The notes under the pieces are model-generated. The model saw only the letters and a program-made list of their open reading frames with translations. It was not told the DNA's origin and made no database searches. A program made the position numbers and the translations under genes. DNA of 64,000 bases, taken from the NCBI RefSeq assembly GCF_009936135.1, contig NZ_CP047901.1, positions 344,984 to 408,983 of the forward strand, in the 5' to 3' direction. The number at the start of each line of letters is the position of its first letter. The stretch's first letter is position 1. Below, piece by piece: positions 1 through 10,309 of this stretch. Origin of the DNA: Candidatus Chazhemtobacterium aquaticus (GTDB taxonomy: Bacteria > Patescibacteriota > Microgenomatia > UBA1400 > Chazhemtobacteraceae).

Positions 1-90
1 CATAAAATAATCACTTTCTCCCAAGCTCATATTTTCATCTTAAATAAACAGTTTTCGCTCCCTAAGGCGTGCGTGTAAAATACATACACC

Positions 91-1584
91 ATGTCCTCTT
101 CACTCGCCGATCTTTTTACCATCATCAGCCAACACGGACAACCAATAGTCCGCTCACGTGTCTCTAAAGCCTATCACTTCGCCAAACAAGCTCATCAAGG
201 CCAAATACGTCACACTGGTGAACCACTAATCTCCCACCCTCTAGAAACCGCTAAAATCCTTGCTTCCTGGGGCCAGTCAGAATCTGTCATCATAGCCGCC
301 CTCCTTCACGAAACACTGGAACTAGGCAACATCACCCCTGATCAGATAAAACAGCAATTTGGTTCGGATATTGCCACACTTGTCGAGCGCGTCACTCAGG
401 TAGGCCAAGTCAAACTAAGGCACAGCACCAACTCAATCTTCCTCGAGAACGCTCGTAAAATGTTTTTTGCCCTAGCTCAAGATATTCGGGTCGTCTTCAT
501 TCGTCTTGCCGACCGACTTCATAATATGCAAACTCTTGACGCTATCCCCATTAAAAAACAACGTCGTATTGCTCTAGAAACCCTGGAGGTTTATGCCCCC
601 CTTGCCGAAAGACTTGGCATGGGACATCTTAAAGGGGAACTTGAAGATCTCGCCTTCCCCTTTATTTACCCCAAAGAAGCCCTCTGGCTTGACAAAATCG
701 CTGCTCCCCACTTTAGACACGCCCAACACCGACTTCAAAAACAACTTGTCAAACTAAACAAAATTATCAGTAAAGCTGGAATTACCGCTCAAGTCCATGG
801 CCGGCCCAAACATCGCTACAGCCTCTACAAAAAACTCATTCGTCCCGAAATTAATAAGGACATTAACTCTATCCACGACCTCATTGCTCTGCGTATCATC
901 ACCAATACCGAATCAGACTGTTATTCTTGTTTAGGCCTTATTCACAAACACTTCAAACCTGCTCCTCATCTGGGTATCTCCGACTACATCGCCCAGCCCA
1001 AGCCCAACGGTTATCAATCCATCCATACCAGGGTTTTTGACTCTCATGGACATATCATCGAGATCCAGATTCGCACCCAATCCATGCACGAACACGCTGA
1101 ATATGGAGCCGCCGCTCATCATGCATACGCAGAGGCAAAAGCTCACGGAACCAGCGGTTCCCAATTAGAGAACCTAGATACTCATAAACTCATCAAAAAA
1201 ATGGACTGGGTCCATCAGCTCTCTCGTTGGCAGAAAGAACTTAGCTCCGCCTCCGATTTTGTCACCTCCGTTAAACTCGATGCCTTAAGTCACCGCATCT
1301 ATGTTTTCTCCCCGCTAGGGGATGTCTACGATCTTCCTGTTGACGCCACCCCAATAGACTTCGCCTTTGCCGTCCACACCAATTTAATCAATCAAATTCA
1401 AGCCGCCAAGGTCAATGGAAGACTAGTTTCCTTAAGCCACCCCTTAAAGAGTGGTGATTTAGTTGAAATCATCAAAAGTAAATATCCTCGCAAACCCAGT
1501 AAAAACTGGTTAAGCTTTGTCAAAACTCATCGCGCCCGGACTCGCATCACTAAGATACTTCAGAACAAAGATTCGCAAGTATAA
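91..1584 (+). CDS. relA: RelA/SpoT homolog (HD + synthetase + TGS domains, no ACT domain)
   Basis: YAPLAERLG, GRPKH, DYIAQPKPNGYQSIHT, EIQIRT and TGS motif ATPIDFAFAVHT; HD site reads HETLE. Confidence 0.93.
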   Translation: MSSSLADLFTIISQHGQPIVRSRVSKAYHFAKQAHQGQIRHTGEPLISHPLETAKILASWGQSESVIIAALLHETLELGNITPDQIKQQFGSDIATLVERVTQVGQVKLRHSTNSIFLENARKMFFALAQDIRVVFIRLADRLHNMQTLDAIPIKKQRRIALETLEVYAPLAERLGMGHLKGELEDLAFPFIYPKEALWLDKIAAPHFRHAQHRLQKQLVKLNKIISKAGITAQVHGRPKHRYSLYKKLIRPEINKDINSIHDLIALRIITNTESDCYSCLGLIHKHFKPAPHLGISDYIAQPKPNGYQSIHTRVFDSHGHIIEIQIRTQSMHEHAEYGAAAHHAYAEAKAHGTSGSQLENLDTHKLIKKMDWVHQLSRWQKELSSASDFVTSVKLDALSHRIYVFSPLGDVYDLPVDATPIDFAFAVHTNLINQIQAAKVNGRLVSLSHPLKSGDLVEIIKSKYPRKPSKNWLSFVKTHRARTRITKILQNKDSQV

Positions 1585-1629
1585 AACTTTAATCTGCCCA
1601 TCTCTCTAAATATAAGCTAAAATACATCC

Positions 1630-3033
1630 ATGGTCAGGACAATCATCAAAGATACCCCGAACAAGATCGGGGAAGTAGTTACTCTTAACGGCTGGGTTCA
1701 CTCTCGCCGTGACCACGGCAAGATCATCTTCCTAGATTTAAGAGACCGCTCTGGCTTGGTCCAAGTCGTCGGTGACCAGATCCTTGATCCTCTCAAACCC
1801 GAATCAGTCGTTGAGATCACTGGTTTAGTTAAAGCTCGTCCAGAAAAACTAATAAACCCTCATCTTACCACCGGCTCCATCGAAATCGAGGCCCAGTCAG
1901 CCACTCTAATCTCTCCTGCCAAGGACCTACCTCTACCCATCGATAGTGATGGCTATGACATCGATGAATCAGTCAGACTTAAATATCGATACCTCGATCT
2001 TCGTCGCCCTCGACTTCAAAACAATCTTCGTCTCCGCTCCCAACTAGCCAATCTAATTCGCCAACACTTAATTAAACAAGACTTTGTCGAGATCGAGACC
2101 CCCATTCTCACCAAAACCACACCTGAGGGAGCTCGTGATTTTCTCGTCCCCAGCCGACTTCAACCGGGTAACTTCTATGCTCTTCCCCAAAGCCCTCAAC
2201 AATACAAACAGCTGTTAATGGTCGCTGGTATGGAAAGATACTTCCAGTTTGCCCGTTGTTTTCGTGACGAAGATCCTCGTCACGATCGCGCCTATGGTGA
2301 GTTCACCCAACTCGATATCGAACTCTCCTTTGTTACTCAAGAAGACATCCTTCAGCTAACTGAAGAACTCTTTACCACCACCATCCAACAACTTTTCCCC
2401 CACAAACACATCTCCAAATCTCCTTGGCCGCGACTGTCTCACGCCCAAGCCGTTAAAGAATATGGATCCGACAAACCTGACTTACGCCAAGATAAGAACA
2501 ATCCAGACGAATTAAGTTTTGCCTGGGTTCTCGACTTCCCTCTTTTTACTCAACAATCCGACTCCGACTTCTACCATGGCTCTGGATCGGCCAAGTTCGC
2601 CCCCTCTCATCATATGTTCACCGCTCCTCATCCAGAAGACATAAAGCTTCTTGATAGCGACCCTCAAAAAGTTAGAGGTCTTCAACACGACCTGGTTTTA
2701 AATGGATATGAAGTCGGTGGTGGCAGTATTCGTATCCACCAACCTGAAATCCAACAAAAGATCTTTCAGCTGATTGGTTTTACTCCTCAACAGCAAGCCC
2801 AGTTTGAACACCTTCTTACCGCCTTTACCTACGGTGTTCCACCCCACGGTGGCATTGCTCCCGGTCTCGATCGTCTTCTCATGGCCATACTAGGCGAGCC
2901 TAGTTTACGAGAAACCATTGCTTTTCCAGCCAGTGGTTCTGGTCTCACCGCAGTTGTCAACGCCCCGAGTCCAGCCACCACCGAACAGCTAGAGGAACTC
3001 CATCTAGCCATCACCCAACCCAAGAAAAAGTAA
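1630..3033 (+). CDS. aspS: Aspartate-tRNA ligase, short form without GAD insertion
   Basis: RRDHG-FLDLRD OB-fold, TPEGARDFLVPSR, LPQSPQ, ARCFRDED, GVPPHGGIAPGLDR. Confidence 0.96.
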   Translation: MVRTIIKDTPNKIGEVVTLNGWVHSRRDHGKIIFLDLRDRSGLVQVVGDQILDPLKPESVVEITGLVKARPEKLINPHLTTGSIEIEAQSATLISPAKDLPLPIDSDGYDIDESVRLKYRYLDLRRPRLQNNLRLRSQLANLIRQHLIKQDFVEIETPILTKTTPEGARDFLVPSRLQPGNFYALPQSPQQYKQLLMVAGMERYFQFARCFRDEDPRHDRAYGEFTQLDIELSFVTQEDILQLTEELFTTTIQQLFPHKHISKSPWPRLSHAQAVKEYGSDKPDLRQDKNNPDELSFAWVLDFPLFTQQSDSDFYHGSGSAKFAPSHHMFTAPHPEDIKLLDSDPQKVRGLQHDLVLNGYEVGGGSIRIHQPEIQQKIFQLIGFTPQQQAQFEHLLTAFTYGVPPHGGIAPGLDRLLMAILGEPSLRETIAFPASGSGLTAVVNAPSPATTEQLEELHLAITQPKKK

Positions 3034-3036
3034 CCC

Positions 3037-4038
3037 ATGCTCCCCTCTTTTCAGACTGACTCAATCGATTACTACCAAAAAAAAGCCTATCTCACTCTCC
3101 TTCAACTAAAAAGAGCGTTCACCCGTCTCCCTGAAGGCAAACGTCTCCTTTTCTTCCTCATAATCCTAACCCTCTTTCTCTATCCCGGCCAAAACTACTG
3201 GCAGACCCTCTCACTCAATCCTACTCAACCAAAAGTAAAAGCTGCCAATATCACCTTAAATCAACCTCTTCCGCCACAACCAGACCAAACTCCGCCTCCA
3301 CGTCTCACTGCTCAAGCCGTCTTTGTTTTTGAGCCAGACTCAGGCACCATCCTTCATCAAATCAATCCAGACACCCGTCTTCATCCAGCCTCTACCACTA
3401 AGATCATGACCGCCCTAACCGCTCTTGACGTTTACTCGCCCAACGACATCCTCACTGTCAAAACTGGCGATCAAGCCATCGGTCAATCAGTCCACCTTGA
3501 AACTGGTCAACAGTTTACCGCCAAAGACCTTCTCTATGCCATCCTAGTCGCCTCTGGTAACGATGCCGCCCTCACTCTGGCTGAGAACTATCCCGACGGC
3601 GGCTACTCTCGTTTTGTCGAGCTTATGAACCAAAAAGCTAAGGACCTTCATCTTAAAAACACCTCCTTCACTAACGTCTCAGGAATAGAAGGTGGCAATC
3701 ACAAAACCACTGTTCACGACCTCGCTATACTCACCAAGGAAGCAATTAATAATCCACTCTTCATGGAAATCGTCAACACTCCCCAAATCACCATTACCGA
3801 CACAACCAACCAAACTCAATATAAACTAGAAACCACCAACCAACTCCTCGGCAAAATCGAAGGCCTAAGAGGCATCAAGACCGGCTGGACCGAAAATGCT
3901 GGTGAATGTCTCATCACTTACGTTGAACGAAACAACAAAAAAATCATCACTGTTGTTCTAAATTCCTCAGACCGTTTCGGAGAAACCAAACAACTCATAG
4001 ACTGGGTCTACTCCCACCACACCTGGCCCAAACAATAA
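3037..4038 (+). CDS. D-alanyl-D-alanine carboxypeptidase (peptidase S11)
   Basis: PASTTK (SxxK), SGN (SxN) and KTG motifs; N-terminal TM segment. Confidence 0.92.
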   Translation: MLPSFQTDSIDYYQKKAYLTLLQLKRAFTRLPEGKRLLFFLIILTLFLYPGQNYWQTLSLNPTQPKVKAANITLNQPLPPQPDQTPPPRLTAQAVFVFEPDSGTILHQINPDTRLHPASTTKIMTALTALDVYSPNDILTVKTGDQAIGQSVHLETGQQFTAKDLLYAILVASGNDAALTLAENYPDGGYSRFVELMNQKAKDLHLKNTSFTNVSGIEGGNHKTTVHDLAILTKEAINNPLFMEIVNTPQITITDTTNQTQYKLETTNQLLGKIEGLRGIKTGWTENAGECLITYVERNNKKIITVVLNSSDRFGETKQLIDWVYSHHTWPKQ

Positions 4039-4049
4039 CCATCACTAGT

Positions 4050-5126
4050 CTACTCCGTTTTAATCACATCACCCCTGATTGCACTTACATAAGCCACCAA
4101 GTCATTATCTCCAGTAAACACATAAATTGGCATCATATACTCTTGTTCTCCGCCTGAATCATAGTAACCCAGTTCAATTCTTCTCACCACGGCCTTGTCT
4201 CCCTGTAGAGACGCAATATACCCCCCACCATTCTTTAACTCCTCCCAAGCCGTCTCCACTGTCTTGATTGGATACTCTCCTGTTAACGTGTAGTCAACCT
4301 CGGTATGGTTGTATCTAACCTCAATAATCTGTTTTTGCTTAATATCACTAGCCCCTGATAGTAACACCGACACAATTCCTTCTTCTGGGTCAGGTGTAAA
4401 AAACCCATACTCAGCCAACACCTCTTTATCCTCTCCCATAATCTGATAATTACTTCTAAACATATCCACCTCCACAAAGTCAGCTTCTGATAAAGAGATT
4501 GTTTCTACCAACCTATCACCCTGAGCCCTCCAGAAACTTACCTTCTTAGGACCATTTAGATCAGCGGGTAACAACGATACCCCCCTCAAAAAACCCTGCG
4601 CATCCATAATTGTCTGTTGCTCTGACACAAAACGTTTACTCACCAACAAGCTTGGGTCAGCCTGCCACTGTCGCTTTAAAGTGAAGTGACCACTAACAAT
4701 ATCTACATCCAAAGTCGCCGGTAGGGGATCAGACTGAGTCCAGCGATACAAGGTCTCACTTGGCTGGGTCGGAGTAAACAAGAAACCTAAACGACTAGCC
4801 AAATCAATCGCCCTGTCAGCATCCAAAAATCCACTTCTTTTACTTGGCGCACTTAAAACAAGCATCCGGTCTGGAAACTTCCCCAATTTTCCTGTCGGTG
4901 TTTGTAAGTCATAAGCAGAAACCGAAACACCAGACTCCGGAAAAGTGATATCAGCCACCCTACCAAACTCCACTCTCGGTGGTGGTAACGGTGCTGGGTG
5001 AGTTGCCTTCCACCAAGACACTACTCCAGTCCCCACAAACCACAACACCAATATGCCCACCAAGCCTATCGATCCATATTTAATCCCTTGTCGAGTGTAG
5101 TATGCTGTTTCCGTCAAAGTGGCCAT
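4050..5126 (-). CDS. Hypothetical membrane-anchored protein
   Basis: 358 aa ORF, N-terminal TM helix, minus-strand codon bias, TATACT 6 nt upstream of ATG. Confidence 0.75.
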   Translation of the reverse strand: MATLTETAYYTRQGIKYGSIGLVGILVLWFVGTGVVSWWKATHPAPLPPPRVEFGRVADITFPESGVSVSAYDLQTPTGKLGKFPDRMLVLSAPSKRSGFLDADRAIDLASRLGFLFTPTQPSETLYRWTQSDPLPATLDVDIVSGHFTLKRQWQADPSLLVSKRFVSEQQTIMDAQGFLRGVSLLPADLNGPKKVSFWRAQGDRLVETISLSEADFVEVDMFRSNYQIMGEDKEVLAEYGFFTPDPEEGIVSVLLSGASDIKQKQIIEVRYNHTEVDYTLTGEYPIKTVETAWEELKNGGGYIASLQGDKAVVRRIELGYYDSGGEQEYMMPIYVFTGDNDLVAYVSAIRGDVIKTE

Positions 5127-5132
5127 ACATAG

Positions 5133-5140
5133 AGTATACT
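5133..5140. promoter_or_regulatory. Palindromic AGTATACT: shared -10 element for two divergent leaderless genes
   Basis: Reads TATACT on both strands, each 6 nt from an ATG (5126 on -, 5147 on +). Confidence 0.6.
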
Positions 5141-5146
5141 ATGGCC

Positions 5147-6427
5147 ATGGCTACAGTGAGAACTAGAATTGCTCCCAGCCCCACCGGCATTCCTCATATT
5201 GGCAATACCAGAACTGCCCTGTTCAGTTATCTTCTGGCCAAAAAAAACTCCGGCCAGTTTATCCTACGAATCGAAGACACTGATCAGAAACGCCTTGTTC
5301 CCGAGTCACTTGAAGCAATCTACGAAATCCATGATTTTTTAAAACTCATCCCCGATGAAGATCCTCGCAAAGGTGGACCCAGTGGTCCATATATCCAGAC
5401 TCAACGGCTTGACCTTTACCAGAAATACGCCCAAGAACTACTTGAAAAAGGAGTCGCCTATCAAAAAGAAGGTGCCATCAGAATCAAGATGCCCAAGCAA
5501 GGCTATACCTCCTGGAACGATCTCGTCCAAGGAAAAATCAGCATCCCCAACCAAGAAGTTGACGATAAAGTCCTGCTTAAATCAAACGGTATCCCCACCT
5601 ACCACCTTGCCGTGGTCGTAGACGACCATCTTATGAACATCTCCCATATCATCAGAGGAGTCGAGTGGATCTCCTCTACTCCTGTTCATCTCCATCTCTA
5701 TCAGGCCTTAGGTTGGCAAGTCCCCATCATCGCCCATGTTCCTCTGCTTCTTGGACCCGACAAAACCAAGTTAAGCAAACGCCATGGCGCCAAATCAGTC
5801 CTTGAGTACCGTGATGATGGCTATCTCCCCGAAGCTATAAACAACTTCCTCTTCTATCTTGGTAACTCATATCAAGACAACTCAGCCATCCTTACCCTTA
5901 AGCAAATGGCTCAGATTTTCGATGAAACCAAGCTTCAAAAACAAAACGCCATTTTTGATATCGAAAAATTGCAATTTTTCAACAAACAATGGATCAAGCG
6001 CCTCACTCCAGCAGAACTCCTCCCCCGTCTTAAACCCTTCCTTCCTTCCCCTTGGGTAGTCAAGGACTCACTCCTTCTCCAGATTATTCCTCTCACCCAA
6101 GAACGACTTACCACCCTAAAAGACTTCCCCACTCTCACCAATTATTTCTTCTCCTCTCCTGACTACACCTCCATTTCCTTCACCTCTAAACAACACCTCA
6201 TTGATGCCCGCGCAGTCCTAAGTCAAACAGAATGGAACAAATCAGCGATTGAGTCTTCTCTTCAACAACTAACCGATACTCATCAGTACCATCGAGGCCA
6301 ATTTTTCATGGATCTTCGTTTAGCTATAACCGGTCAAAAAATCACCCCACCACTAACTGAGTCCATGCTTATTCTAGGTCAACAGCAGATTCTCTCTCGT
6401 CTTGACACAGTCATTAAGCTAATCTAA
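5147..6427 (+). CDS. gltX: Glutamate-tRNA ligase (start probably 5147)
   Basis: VRTRIAPSPTG-HIGN, LRIEDTD, YHLAVVVDDH, KLSKR. Confidence 0.95.
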   Translation: MATVRTRIAPSPTGIPHIGNTRTALFSYLLAKKNSGQFILRIEDTDQKRLVPESLEAIYEIHDFLKLIPDEDPRKGGPSGPYIQTQRLDLYQKYAQELLEKGVAYQKEGAIRIKMPKQGYTSWNDLVQGKISIPNQEVDDKVLLKSNGIPTYHLAVVVDDHLMNISHIIRGVEWISSTPVHLHLYQALGWQVPIIAHVPLLLGPDKTKLSKRHGAKSVLEYRDDGYLPEAINNFLFYLGNSYQDNSAILTLKQMAQIFDETKLQKQNAIFDIEKLQFFNKQWIKRLTPAELLPRLKPFLPSPWVVKDSLLLQIIPLTQERLTTLKDFPTLTNYFFSSPDYTSISFTSKQHLIDARAVLSQTEWNKSAIESSLQQLTDTHQYHRGQFFMDLRLAITGQKITPPLTESMLILGQQQILSRLDTVIKLI

Positions 6428-6431
6428 ACCC

Positions 6432-7319
6432 ATGAACCTTGACTCGCTTGCCCAAATCGAAAAAAATCTTCAAAAAAGACAAAGGCGTTACTTAAGCAAC
6501 CTCAAACGACGCAGCAAACCCGCTCAAAAACTCATTGTTCAAAGCAAAATTACCGCTAGTAGTCTACGCCAGAAATCGTCCCAAATCCTAGCCAGCGCCG
6601 GTTTAACTGGAGCCCTACTCTTAACTCCTGCTTCTGCCACCCAGTCGTCTACGCCAACAAATGTCTCCGCCAATAACCAGAACCTTAACCAAGCCCTTTC
6701 TCAAGAACTAGCCGACATCTTCCCTCACTACCCAACTAAACTTGATGATCAGACCGCCCAAAACATCTCCCAAATCATACTTAATAAAACTGGTATCAAG
6801 GCAACCCCGACCCTTGAGGGTCAGAGTCTTAATCATCACATTGGTTACATTGGCTACGAGCAACATCTTAAGCGTTTTCCTGGAGACAACCTTTCTCTCC
6901 ATGATGAAGAGCAGGTCGCTGGTATTGCCCCTGGCCTTGGTGCCTGGGGTTACTTTGCTCCATCCCAAGACCAGTTCACCACCCAAGACTATCTTCGTGA
7001 AAAATACTACTCCGTCGCTCAAACCCTCTACCTCCCCGACTGGAATACCAACTTTCGCTTCTTACGGGACTGGTACAAGTATCGAAAAATCCTCATTGTA
7101 AATCCTGTCAACGGTCAGTCCGTTGTCACAGTTTTAGCCGATGCTGGACCAGCCGAGTGGACTGGTAAACAATTTGGCGCCTCACCCGAAGCCATGAAAG
7201 CTCTTGATCTCCATTTAGGTCCTCGTAAGGGTCTAGTCCTCTTTTTCTTCGTTGATGACCCAGATGATCGTATTCCTTTAGGTCCTGTCAATCAAAAATT
7301 AGATACAAATTCTCTCTAA
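6432..7319 (+). CDS. Hypothetical exported protein with probable C-terminal RlpA/expansin-like double-psi beta-barrel
   Basis: Basic N-terminus plus hydrophobic stretch; C-terminal IVNPVNGQSVVTVLADAGP...FGASPEAMKAL resembles the DPBB consensus. Confidence 0.55.
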   Translation: MNLDSLAQIEKNLQKRQRRYLSNLKRRSKPAQKLIVQSKITASSLRQKSSQILASAGLTGALLLTPASATQSSTPTNVSANNQNLNQALSQELADIFPHYPTKLDDQTAQNISQIILNKTGIKATPTLEGQSLNHHIGYIGYEQHLKRFPGDNLSLHDEEQVAGIAPGLGAWGYFAPSQDQFTTQDYLREKYYSVAQTLYLPDWNTNFRFLRDWYKYRKILIVNPVNGQSVVTVLADAGPAEWTGKQFGASPEAMKALDLHLGPRKGLVLFFFVDDPDDRIPLGPVNQKLDTNSL

Positions 7320-7324
7320 TAACC

Positions 7325-7648
7325 ATGTCTATTCTTTTCTACGACCATCTAGTTGACATCTCCAGCATCGAAATACGTCTCACTTCTCTTCAGCTTAAAC
7401 CCAAAAAGAAAAACAAATTCAGACAGATGATCGATGACATTCTCCATGCTGGTATTCTCGAATTTATCCTCCAGAAACTCGATTCTCATTATCACCGCAC
7501 CTTTCTTTCTCGTCTCGAGTACGCACCCTATGACCCCGAGCTTCTTGAGTATCTTAAAAAACACATAGACGACCAGATTGAGGCTGAAATAGCCAAAGAA
7601 TCACAACGCATCCAAAAACTCATCCTCAAAGATCTTAAGGGAAAATAG
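7325..7648 (+). CDS. Hypothetical protein
   Basis: 107 aa ORF 5 nt after the previous stop, typical + strand codon bias. Confidence 0.7.
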   Translation: MSILFYDHLVDISSIEIRLTSLQLKPKKKNKFRQMIDDILHAGILEFILQKLDSHYHRTFLSRLEYAPYDPELLEYLKKHIDDQIEAEIAKESQRIQKLILKDLKGK

Positions 7649-7672
7649 CCATCTGTTACAATTCCACTCATT

Positions 7673-8611
7673 ATGAGCGGGTTGCTTAAAATCATTACCC
7701 CCGTTAACCTCGATCAGGAGTACCACCGATTTATCAACTCCAACCACTATCACCCCGTCTTTAGATACCGCTGGAGATCAAACCTCACCCAACATCTCAA
7801 AAAAAACTCCCCCAAAACCAATCTCATTAAAGCCATTCTCACTCAGGATCATCAGCAAATAACTAACACCGCACAACACCTATTCTCAACCAATATTGAC
7901 CCTCAAATTGTCCGTCTTGCTCAAAAAATTACCGCCTCACCGCCTCCTCGTCTCCGTCACCCCACCATCACCCAGGTTATAAAAGCCTTTAATAAAGCCT
8001 TTCACTATTTTAACCTTGATTATCAAGCAGTTGTTTCCTCTCAATCTGGCTTTAACGTCCGACCCAAACAAACCCAAAAGCTAGTTCTCATCAGTCGCCG
8101 TCTTAATCTAAATTTCTTTTCTCTTTCAGGACTAGTCAAACACGAGCTTTCTCACGTTATCCGCTACGAAAACGGTCTCTTTAATCACCTCAAACGTTCT
8201 CCAGACTATCTTCCCACTGAAGAAGGACTAGCCACCTTTGTCCAAGACCACCAAGGTAGTTGGTCACAAAAATCCAAATTTCAGCATGCCGCCGAATACT
8301 TAGCCAGTGCCATCAGTTTGGATGGTTCTCTACGTGATATCTATGATTTCTTCCGCTCTCTTGGTTTCCCCAAAGAACTAGCCTGGCAGCGAGCTATCCG
8401 TCACAAATTCGGCTTCATCAATACCCGCCAAGCTGGTGGCATCATCAAACCAGCCATGTACTTCAATTTCTCCCAAAAAATCTCTCAGTTAACTCCTCAG
8501 CAAAGACTCAAGCTCTATATTGGCAAAATTTCACTCAATGATCTCTCTCAACACCAAAAATATATCGGTCGATTCACTCCAAAACAAATTCATCACTTTT
8601 TCGAAATTTAA
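7673..8611 (+). CDS. DUF1704 / MATCAP-like zinc metallopeptidase
   Basis: HELSHVIRYENG followed by PTEEGLA, and C-terminal LYIGKI. Confidence 0.75.
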   Translation: MSGLLKIITPVNLDQEYHRFINSNHYHPVFRYRWRSNLTQHLKKNSPKTNLIKAILTQDHQQITNTAQHLFSTNIDPQIVRLAQKITASPPPRLRHPTITQVIKAFNKAFHYFNLDYQAVVSSQSGFNVRPKQTQKLVLISRRLNLNFFSLSGLVKHELSHVIRYENGLFNHLKRSPDYLPTEEGLATFVQDHQGSWSQKSKFQHAAEYLASAISLDGSLRDIYDFFRSLGFPKELAWQRAIRHKFGFINTRQAGGIIKPAMYFNFSQKISQLTPQQRLKLYIGKISLNDLSQHQKYIGRFTPKQIHHFFEI

Positions 8612-8722
8612 AACCTTTAAAATAATCGCCCTTGAAAAAAACTTGATATGTATGTCAAAATCAATTCAGTACCTCTAACATCGGGGCATCTTTTTAGGAC
8701 TATCATTTGTTTTTGATCAATC

Positions 8723-10309
8723 ATGCGTGTATTAGATAAGCTGTTTAACAAGAAAGATGTTCTTGGTGTCTTCGCTTATCAAAAACATATTTACGCCGCC
8801 ATCAACCACCAATCCAAAACTAGTTTTGCAGTTAGCCGTAATGGCCTTGATTTTGTTTTCAAGACGCGAATTAAATCTGCAACCCTAAAGCAACAATGGC
8901 AAAAAATTCTCAAAAGAAGAATCGTTGAGTACCACCTTTTTAATCACCACCTTGCTCCTGGCAGTGAACGCCTCCATCATCTCAATATCGAAGGTGTTGT
9001 CCGCGAACCCGATCAAATTCTTGTTTTCTTTAACCACCAACCAAAGCCAGGACAACTCGAAACCGGAGTCATTGCCCTAGATCCCCAAAACATTGATAAT
9101 TTACTTTGGCGGGGTACTGAGCCAGTCTGGCAAAGTCCCAAGTCTTGGCAGAATAAAAACATCACTCATCTCGGCCTAGTTAAAATAAAAAACAAGATCT
9201 TAAGTTACTGGAAAATCAAAGGACGTGGACTCGTTGCCGTCTCTCATCCTCACTTTCGCATTGATCAACAAATCTCTATCCAAAAAGCCTGGCTCATCCA
9301 TAAGCACGAAAACAATCCTCTAATCAGCCCTAACCCGGACCACTCTTGGGAATCCTTTACTACTTTCAACCCCGCTGCCACGGTCCTAGCGGGCAACGTT
9401 CATCTTCTTTATCGTGCTCAAGGTCATGACTACCGCTCTGTCTTAGGTTATGCTCGTAGTCAAGACGGTATCAATATTGATCTGACTCTGGATCAACCAG
9501 CCTACCTTCCCCGCAAACCATTTGAAAAAAAGGATCCAGATCTACCCCCATCAACCAAATATTTTTCTGGTGGCGGTACTGAAGGATGTGAAGACCCTCG
9601 TATTACCCGCATCGGTAACCGTCTCTATATGACCTATGTCGCTTTCAATGGCGTAAACCCTCCCCGCATTGCTCTTACCTCCATTAAAATTACTGATTTC
9701 CTTAATCATCGCTGGCTTTGGGAAAAACCCATCCTCATCTCTCCCCCTGGAATCGTCGACAAAAGTGCTTGTATTCTGCCCAAAAAAATCAACAACAAAT
9801 ACGTCATCTTTCACCGCATCTTTCCCGACATCCTAATTGACTACGTTGACTCACTTGATTTCTCCCCTGGCCAGTATCTTCAAGGTCAATATCACATTAA
9901 ACCACGAGGTCCAATGTGGTGGGATAGTCGTAAAATCGGGGTCGGCTCCCCCCCTCTTCTTACCAAAGACGGCTGGCTTCTTATCTATCAAACCGTTGAT
10001 GATAAAAACGCCAACCACTATAAAATCGGTGCCATGATCCTTAAAGCCGACGAGCCCCATGTCGAACTTTACCGTAGCCGTTACCCGATCATGGAGCCAG
10101 ACCAATGGTACGACAATCATGGTTTTAAAGCCGGAGTTGTTTACCCTTGTGGAGCCATTATTCGCAAAAACCAGTTATTCGTATATTATGGAGGAGCGGA
10201 CAGTCATGTCTGCGTCGCCACTGCCAACCTTGACCAGTTTCTTGACCGCCTTAAACAAGGTCAAGCCACAAAATTAGAAAGCACCATTCTGGCAGTCTCA
10301 AGTAAATGA
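8723..10309 (+). CDS. GH130-family glycosidase/phosphorylase with degenerate N-terminal domain
   Basis: NPLISP, TFNPAA, LLYRA, GCEDPRIT, KIGVGSPP, VVYPCGA, YYGGAD. Confidence 0.88.
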   Translation: MRVLDKLFNKKDVLGVFAYQKHIYAAINHQSKTSFAVSRNGLDFVFKTRIKSATLKQQWQKILKRRIVEYHLFNHHLAPGSERLHHLNIEGVVREPDQILVFFNHQPKPGQLETGVIALDPQNIDNLLWRGTEPVWQSPKSWQNKNITHLGLVKIKNKILSYWKIKGRGLVAVSHPHFRIDQQISIQKAWLIHKHENNPLISPNPDHSWESFTTFNPAATVLAGNVHLLYRAQGHDYRSVLGYARSQDGINIDLTLDQPAYLPRKPFEKKDPDLPPSTKYFSGGGTEGCEDPRITRIGNRLYMTYVAFNGVNPPRIALTSIKITDFLNHRWLWEKPILISPPGIVDKSACILPKKINNKYVIFHRIFPDILIDYVDSLDFSPGQYLQGQYHIKPRGPMWWDSRKIGVGSPPLLTKDGWLLIYQTVDDKNANHYKIGAMILKADEPHVELYRSRYPIMEPDQWYDNHGFKAGVVYPCGAIIRKNQLFVYYGGADSHVCVATANLDQFLDRLKQGQATKLESTILAVSSK

